Of a stretch of 34,390 bases of DNA, positions 29,079-34,390 are shown piece after piece. A program made the position numbers and the translations under genes. The stretch's first letter is position 1. Each line of letters starts with the position of its first letter. The notes under the pieces were generated by a model that saw nothing but the letters and a program-made list of their open reading frames with translations, had not been told where the DNA came from and ran no database searches. The stretch is from Thermoplasmatota archaeon (GTDB lineage Archaea; Thermoplasmatota; E2; DHVEG-1): the NCBI GenBank assembly GCA_050410885.1, contig JBNVCE010000002.1, positions 1 to 34,390 of the forward strand. The letters run 5' to 3'.

Positions 29079-31001
29079 ATGCAGAAACCAGATCTTACCA
29101 TTGCTCTTGCCGGTAATGCAAATGTTGGTAAAAGTGTAATATTTAATCAATTAACAGGCCTTGGACAGATTATTGGTAACTGGCCAGGCAAAACTGTTGA
29201 AAAAGCGGAAGGAATATTAGTTCATCATGGTAAAGTTATAAAAATTATAGATTTACCAGGTATTTATTCCTTGTCAACATATTCTCAAGAAGAATTAATT
29301 TCCAGAAATTATATTGCACTTGGTCATCCTGATGTTGTTGTAAATGTTGTTGATGCAACAGCACTAGAAAGAAATCTTTTTTTTACTCTTCAACTAATTG
29401 AAATGCAGGTTCTTTTGGTTCTTGCAGTTAATCTTGTTGATATTGCAAAGAAAAAAGGAATCTCAATAAATTATACACGGCTAGGCAAGATTTTCGGAAT
29501 CCCTGTTGTGGAAACCATTGCAACAAAAGGAATTGGTGTGCATGAAATTATTGATCAAGCACTTGAACTTGCTAAAAAAGGAAAAAAAGAACCACAAACT
29601 AAAATACGATACGGTTTAGAAATTGAAAAACGCATTGAAGCTCTTGAACTTGAGTTAAAACAAACTGATTTAAAATATCCTGTTAGATGGACCGCAATAA
29701 AACTTTTGGAAGAAGATTTAGAAATCATTAATATTGTAAAAGAAAAAGCACCTTTAATTGTTGAAAAAGCGCAAAAGTTTTCCAAAGAAATTGAACAGAT
29801 TCATAAAGAGCCTTGTGCAACTGTAATTACTTCAGAGCGGTATGCTTGTGCATCACGCATTGTTGCAAAAATACAAACCCATGAGCAACCAACTAAATTA
29901 TCATGGGGTGAAAGACTTGATGATTTGACAATGCATAGTATTTTTGGTTATGTCTTTTTGTTTATCCTTATGCTTGGTATTCTTGGATTTATTTCTTTTT
30001 TTGGAGGATGGTTAAGCGAATCTCTACAAAATTTATTTGAACAGTTTAACCCAAAAATATCAGGCTTTTTACCTGAACTTGCTTGGAATGGGGCAGTGGT
30101 TGGTTTTTATGCTTCACTTTCTGTTGCACTTGGATTTATTCTACCATTTTATATAATCCTTGGAATACTTGAGGATTCAGGATACTTGCCAAAAGTAGCT
30201 TATTTAATGGATCGACCCTGTCACACAATGGGGCTTCATGGCAAAGCATGTATGCCTTTGCTGGTTGCTTTTGGTTGTAATGTTCCTGCTTGTGCAGGAT
30301 GTAGAATACTTGAGACAAATCGTGATAGATTAATTGCAATAGTACTTTCAACACTTGTTCCATGCTCAGCAAGAACAGTTGTGATCCTTGGATTAGTGGG
30401 GGCTTTTGTTGGTTTACAATGGGCTGTTGCACTTTATATTTTTGATTTTTTATTGATCTTTTTAATTGGTAGAATTTTAAATAAAATTTTACCAGGAACA
30501 TCAGTTGGTATAATAATGGAAATGCCGTCTTACCGAACACCTTCATTAAATGTTGTTATCAAACAAGCATGGGTTAGGTTTAAACCATTTCTTATAACAG
30601 CTATACCATTAATTATTATTGGTAGTGTGCTTGTTGAAGCAATGAGATTAACAAGCAATCTTTCTTTTATATCAGATTTTTTAAGTCCAATAACAGTTGC
30701 ATGGCTTGGGCTTCCAGCATTTACAGGTTTTTTATTTATCTTTGGAGTTTTAAGAAAAGAAGCAGCACTTGTATTACTTACAACAGTTGCCGGTACAGCA
30801 GAAATTACCAAAGTTATGACACCTTTACAAATGATAATATTTGCTTTGGTAATAATGATATATGTACCATGTATTGCAACAATTGCTGCTTTAATTAAAG
30901 AAACCGGATTAAAACATGCTTTGGCAATAACTTTTTTTGAAATTGGGCTAGCAATACTAATTGGTGGTATTGTATTTAGAATACTTAATCTATTTTTTTA
31001 A
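29079..31001 (+). CDS. feoB: Ferrous iron transporter B
   Basis: 640 aa. N-terminal G domain IALAGNANVGKSVIFNQLTG, DLPGIYSL, NLVD, followed by a polytopic membrane domain. The ATG immediately follows the repressor's stop codon. Confidence 0.95.
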   Translation: MQKPDLTIALAGNANVGKSVIFNQLTGLGQIIGNWPGKTVEKAEGILVHHGKVIKIIDLPGIYSLSTYSQEELISRNYIALGHPDVVVNVVDATALERNLFFTLQLIEMQVLLVLAVNLVDIAKKKGISINYTRLGKIFGIPVVETIATKGIGVHEIIDQALELAKKGKKEPQTKIRYGLEIEKRIEALELELKQTDLKYPVRWTAIKLLEEDLEIINIVKEKAPLIVEKAQKFSKEIEQIHKEPCATVITSERYACASRIVAKIQTHEQPTKLSWGERLDDLTMHSIFGYVFLFILMLGILGFISFFGGWLSESLQNLFEQFNPKISGFLPELAWNGAVVGFYASLSVALGFILPFYIILGILEDSGYLPKVAYLMDRPCHTMGLHGKACMPLLVAFGCNVPACAGCRILETNRDRLIAIVLSTLVPCSARTVVILGLVGAFVGLQWAVALYIFDFLLIFLIGRILNKILPGTSVGIIMEMPSYRTPSLNVVIKQAWVRFKPFLITAIPLIIIGSVLVEAMRLTSNLSFISDFLSPITVAWLGLPAFTGFLFIFGVLRKEAALVLLTTVAGTAEITKVMTPLQMIIFALVIMIYVPCIATIAALIKETGLKHALAITFFEIGLAILIGGIVFRILNLFF

Positions 31002-31019
31002 AAATTTTCAATTAAAAAT

Positions 31020-31765
31020 TTATAGTAACATTAAACTAAAGGCCATAATAAGCATACCTAAAACAACACCGATAATTACTGTATGGCTGTGACCATATTG
31101 ATGAGCAATAGGAAGGAGTTCGTCTATTGATATATATACCATTATTCCTCCAACAAAAGCAAGTAGTAAATACAAAAAACCTCCAGATAAAAATGGTATA
31201 AGTATTAAAAAACCAATAACTGCCCCAGCTGGCTCAGCAAGACCTGATAAAAAAGAATAAATAAATGCTTTTTTTTTTTATCAATAGTTGCATAAAAAAT
31301 AGGAATTGATACTGAGATACCTTATGGAATGTTATGAATAGCAATAGCTAGTGTAATAATTACTCCGAGTTTCACATTGTTTAAAGCAGTTGCAAATGTA
31401 GCAAGTCCTTCAGGAAAATTATGTATAGTTATAGCAATAGCAGTAAATATTCCTGTTCTCATTAGTTTATTTTCAACTTTGATATTACTTTCATTTGAAA
31501 GTCCACTATATGAATGGGGATTTTCTTTCTCAGGTATTATCATGTCAATAAAACCTATAAACATTATACCAAGAAAAAAGGCAGCAACGGCTGTGATTTC
31601 TCCAATAGAATTTAATGCCTGAGGAGGAAGTTCAACAAATGAAACATAGAGCATAACTCCTGCTGAAAAACCAAGAGAAAAAGAAAGATATATCATCTTA
31701 GGACTTTTTATAAAATATGCAATAGCACTTCCAATTCCTGTTGAAAGACCGGCAATTACTGTCAA
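31020..31765 (-). pseudogene. zupT: ZIP-family zinc transporter (ZupT-like) interrupted by an in-frame TAA and a homopolymer frameshift
   Basis: - The 31322-31765 ORF ends ...LAIAIHNIP-TAA, where ZupT has HNIPEG. The TAA at 31322-31324 replaces the conserved Glu codon.
- The same frame continues GISVSIPIFYATIDKKKK into an A11 run (T11 on the plus strand, 31269-31279).
- After a 1-nt shift the frame reads AFIYSFLSGLAEPAGAVIGF...VGGIMVYISIDELLPIAHQYGHSH...LIMAFSLMLL to TAA 31020-31022, collinear with the ZupT C-terminus.
- The only start codon available is TTG 31765. Confidence 0.8.
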
Positions 31766-31828
31766 GAAAAAAGCAATTCCTAAAGTGGTTGGATCTTGCT
31801 TATTATTAAAATCTTTTTAGAGCTATTT

Positions 31829-32227
31829 CTAATTATTTTTTGTCTTACATTTTTTACATATACCATAAAAATTTGTATTTATGAATTCAACTTTTATTTC
31901 CTTTAATTTTTTTCCGATTTTTTGTAAATACTCTGTTAAAATTTTTGATTCGAAATCAATAATTTTTCCGCATTTTCTACAAATTATATGATGATGTGGG
32001 TTAAGATTTGGTTCATATCTTGAAACTCCTTTTATATTTACTTCTTGAATTAAACCTTTTTCAGTTAAAAATTTAAGATTTTGGTAAACAGTTGCTTTGC
32101 TTATTCTCGTGAGTTTCTTTTTCACTGCTTCATAAACATTATCAACAGTTGGATGGGTAGTATTATTTTTTAAAAAATTTAGTATTTCTATTCTTTGATT
32201 TGTGTATTTAATTTTTGTATTTTTCAT
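31829..32227 (-). CDS. fur: Fur-family metalloregulator (Fur/Zur/PerR; subtype not resolvable)
   Basis: About 132 aa. Contains RIEILNFLKNNTTHPTVDNVYEAV, ISKATVYQNLKFL and HHHIICRKCGKIIDF...CKKC zinc-site cysteines. ATG 32227 is preferred over TTG 32236. Confidence 0.85.
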   Translation of the reverse strand: MKNTKIKYTNQRIEILNFLKNNTTHPTVDNVYEAVKKKLTRISKATVYQNLKFLTEKGLIQEVNIKGVSRYEPNLNPHHHIICRKCGKIIDFESKILTEYLQKIGKKLKEIKVEFINTNFYGICKKCKTKNN

Positions 32228-32236
32228 TTTAATCAA

Positions 32237-32265
32237 GAATGATTATTTGTTGATAATTAATATTG
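32237..32265. promoter_or_regulatory. Fur-box-like AT-rich element in the fur promoter
   Basis: The sequence gaaTGATTATttgtTGATAATtaatattg contains two NATWAT hexamers. Read on the minus strand, AATAATCATTC matches the ATAATCATT core of the GATAATGATAATCATTATC consensus. Confidence 0.3.
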
Positions 32266-32306
32266 TTTATAAAAGAAAAAGGAAAAATGATTAGTTTCTG
32301 AATTTT

Positions 32307-33002
32307 TTATTCTTTTTTGAAACACATAAACCAATCAAGACAATATTTTCCTTCTTCTTTTTTTTCAACTCTTTCTTTGGCAAGACCACATGAACCTGGC
32401 GGTGGAATTATGCAATCTTCTCCAGGTTCCCAGTTACATGGTGTGGCAACACCTTCTTTATCTGATTTTTGCATGGCAATAAGTAGTCTTTTAATCTCAT
32501 TTATGTTTCTTCCGTTTGATAGGGGATAGTAAAGTATTGCTCTTATCTTTGCTTTTGGATCTATTATAAAAACTGCTCTTACTGCTTGGGTAGTTGATGC
32601 ATTTGGTTGTATCATTCCAAATTTTTTTGCGATATCCATTTTTATATCTTCAATTACTGGAAAATTAACTTCTACATTTTTCATTCCTTTGTACTCTATT
32701 TTCTCTTTTATGGTTCTTAACCATGCTATATGAGCATAAATGCTATCAATAGATAAGCCGATTAATTCCGTGTTTAGTTTTTTAAAATCTTTTTGCATTG
32801 TTGCAAAAGTCATAAACTCTGTTGTGCATACTGGTGTAAAATCTGCTGGGTGGCTAAATAGAATTACCCATTTATCTTTGTAATCTTCTGGGAATTTGAT
32901 TTCTCCCATTGTTGTTTTTGCCTTGAAATGTGGTGCATCATCACCTATTAAAGGCATAGAATAATATTCTTTTTTTTCTTCATCCATATAAATTTTCTCC
33001 AT
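32307..33002 (-). CDS. Peroxiredoxin (archaeal Prx6-like 2-Cys type)
   Basis: Contains PLIGDDAPHF, the peroxidatic motif HPADFTPVCTTEF, and a C-terminal CNWEPGEDCI cysteine pair as in archaeal thioredoxin peroxidases. The true start may be an internal ATG (32987 or 32957). Confidence 0.9.
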   Translation of the reverse strand: MEKIYMDEEKKEYYSMPLIGDDAPHFKAKTTMGEIKFPEDYKDKWVILFSHPADFTPVCTTEFMTFATMQKDFKKLNTELIGLSIDSIYAHIAWLRTIKEKIEYKGMKNVEVNFPVIEDIKMDIAKKFGMIQPNASTTQAVRAVFIIDPKAKIRAILYYPLSNGRNINEIKRLLIAMQKSDKEGVATPCNWEPGEDCIIPPPGSCGLAKERVEKKEEGKYCLDWFMCFKKE

Positions 33003-33057
33003 TTATTTTATAATTTTTTTTATTTATGCATCTTAATATTATGTTTTAATGATTTCT

Positions 33058-33624
33058 TTATTGTAAAAATTTTGAAACAAATGGACTGTTTGTTCCTGCA
33101 GGTCTGCGGAAATGTCCTGAAGGTCCTTTACCCAAAAACTCAGTAAACCATGCCTCGTGCTCGATTTCTTCATTTAAGATTGCAAGAGCAAGATCATATG
33201 TTCTATGGTCTTTTCCAGCAGTTAAATTGCAAATTTCAGTGTATCCTCTAACTGCACATTGTTCAGCATGTAATAAAACTTCTACTATTTTTTTAATATC
33301 TTTTGGATTTTTTGGTAATTTCGCGGGAGGGCATGCTGACATGTCATGAAATGTTTTCATATCTTCAGGTAGTTTTCCCCCTAGTTCATATATTCTTGGA
33401 ACTAATGCCTCAAAATAGTTTCTATCTTCTATTCTTGCGTCTTCTGCTACTGCTTTTAATCCTTCTCCGTCAAATCCAATAAGATTTGATCGAAGAATTG
33501 TGTAGTAATAATAGGTCGTTAGTTCTGCTGCTGCATTTTTAATTAAAAGTTTAAGCAGTTCATCTACATTTAAACCAGCTTTTTCTACTAATTTTCTTGA
33601 TACTTCTGCTGCCATATTCGTCAC
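33058..33624 (-). CDS. DPS-like ferritin-superfamily protein (DPSL / thioferritin type)
   Basis: AAAELTTYYYYTILRSNLIGFDGEGLKAVAEDARIEDRNYFEALVPRIYELGG...LLHAEQCAVRGY...ILNEEIEHEAWF...GPSGHFRR is collinear with Sulfolobus/Pyrococcus DPSL, including the SAC.../EQCA cysteine pair. The start is GTG 33624 or ATG 33615. Confidence 0.85.
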   Translation of the reverse strand: MTNMAAEVSRKLVEKAGLNVDELLKLLIKNAAAELTTYYYYTILRSNLIGFDGEGLKAVAEDARIEDRNYFEALVPRIYELGGKLPEDMKTFHDMSACPPAKLPKNPKDIKKIVEVLLHAEQCAVRGYTEICNLTAGKDHRTYDLALAILNEEIEHEAWFTEFLGKGPSGHFRRPAGTNSPFVSKFLQ

Positions 33625-33628
33625 ATCT

Positions 33629-33653
33629 TTAAGTAAAAAACAATTTTACTTAA
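33629..33653. promoter_or_regulatory. Perfect 10-bp inverted repeat at the dpsL start (operator or 5' hairpin candidate)
   Basis: TTAAGTAAAA-aacaa-TTTTACTTAA lies 5 nt upstream of the GTG start and downstream of a TTTATATA TATA box (minus strand, about 33675-33690). Confidence 0.4.
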
Positions 33654-33846
33654 TATTTATTATTAGTTAATAATGAATACTATATAAATATTTCCTTCAT
33701 TTAACCTTATTATCTAAAAATTTAAAGCATTAAATTAATGTTAAAAACAAATTGATTGATTATACTGTTTTCAATAAAAATTTTTAAAACTTTTTTCTAA
33801 AAATAACAATTTTTAAGTTAATCATTAAAGATTCAATAAAATTTTT

Positions 33847-34390
33847 TTAAATTGTTTTATTATTTCCTTTTTTTAAATTCTTTTCATCAAGTTCAGCAAG
33901 ACGCTTGGAAAAATCTCTTTGAAGCATATCATAAGTTTCCCTAGTAATAGAACCCTTAACATAATAATTAACAACATTTTCTTTTTGAAGACGTTTTATC
34001 TCCTCCATTTCATTTTCAATATCATTTAAACGAAGCATAAAAAAACGTTTTTTAATAAAAAAGATAAACAAAAAACAAACAATAAAAATAAAAACAAAAA
34101 CTAAAAACAAGTAAAAAGAAAAACCTGAAACCTCCCTGCTAACAATATAAATGATTTTAGACGCAGAAACACTATTACCAAAAGCATCAGAAGCAGACAA
34201 TTCAATAAAATAACCCCCAGTATTTGAAAAAACATTAGAACAATCAACAAAATATAAACCATTACCTTCACTATTCAAAATAACATCTTCACCAGCAACC
34301 TTTAACTTCACAGTAGCATTTTTAACAACCTGATTATCCGGGTATCTTAAATTAACCCTAAACTGAACAAGCTCCCCCAAATTATACTCA
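33847..34390 (-). CDS. Single-pass membrane protein, C-terminal part (5' end beyond the window)
   Basis: The frame is open to the window edge. It encodes a beta-rich ectodomain segment (VKLKVAGEDVILNSEGNGLYFVDCS...), a TM helix FSFYLFLVFVFIFIVCFLFIFFI, and a charged coiled-coil-like tail. Confidence 0.6.
   Translation of the reverse strand, partial: EYNLGELVQFRVNLRYPDNQVVKNATVKLKVAGEDVILNSEGNGLYFVDCSNVFSNTGGYFIELSASDAFGNSVSASKIIYIVSREVSGFSFYLFLVFVFIFIVCFLFIFFIKKRFFMLRLNDIENEMEEIKRLQKENVVNYYVKGSITRETYDMLQRDFSKRLAELDEKNLKKGNNKTI

Overview
This is a visibly AT-rich chromosomal segment of an archaeon. Archaeal markers include the Alba chromatin protein, GatD, an archaeal NMD3 homologue, a DGGGP-synthase-like UbiA enzyme, a DPSL-type thioferritin, and TATA-box/T-run signals with GGAGG-type ribosome-binding sites. 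All calls rest on reading the translations and DNA by eye; no searches or folding computations were run.

Gene content, in order:
- Amino-acid fermentation and redox module: gdhA 3' end, nfnAB-like ferredoxin:NADP oxidoreductase, iorAB.
- A roughly 3.1 kb pseudo-receiver/PEP-utilising-domain gene broken by one homopolymer frameshift and three in-frame stops.
- A divergent cluster of three UbiA prenyltransferases followed by two paralogous mini membrane proteins.
- Housekeeping genes: pyrG, albA, nmd3, gatD, truA, tRNA-Leu(CAA).
- A secreted pair: an S8 subtilase with a roughly 500 aa unknown N-terminal extension, then a beta-helix protein.
- An operon: a surface-anchored Ntn-hydrolase (C45/phospholipase-B-like) fused to a PQQ-type beta-propeller, an NSS (SNF) transporter with a TTG start, and an unannotated 36-aa TM ORF.
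- About 0.8 kb of non-coding DNA after the tRNA, carrying two GC-rich islands able to form stems.
- A metal/oxidative-stress island: DtxR-family repressor with an upstream palindromic operator, feoB, a disrupted zupT, fur, a peroxiredoxin, and dpsL with a perfect 10-bp inverted repeat at its start.

Most worth a second look: the UbiA plus mini-protein cluster; the Ntn-hydrolase/propeller/NSS/micro-ORF operon; the two otherwise intact genes that each carry both nonsense codons and a homopolymer frameshift; and the candidate structured RNAs. No CRISPR array, transposase, integrase or rRNA was seen.
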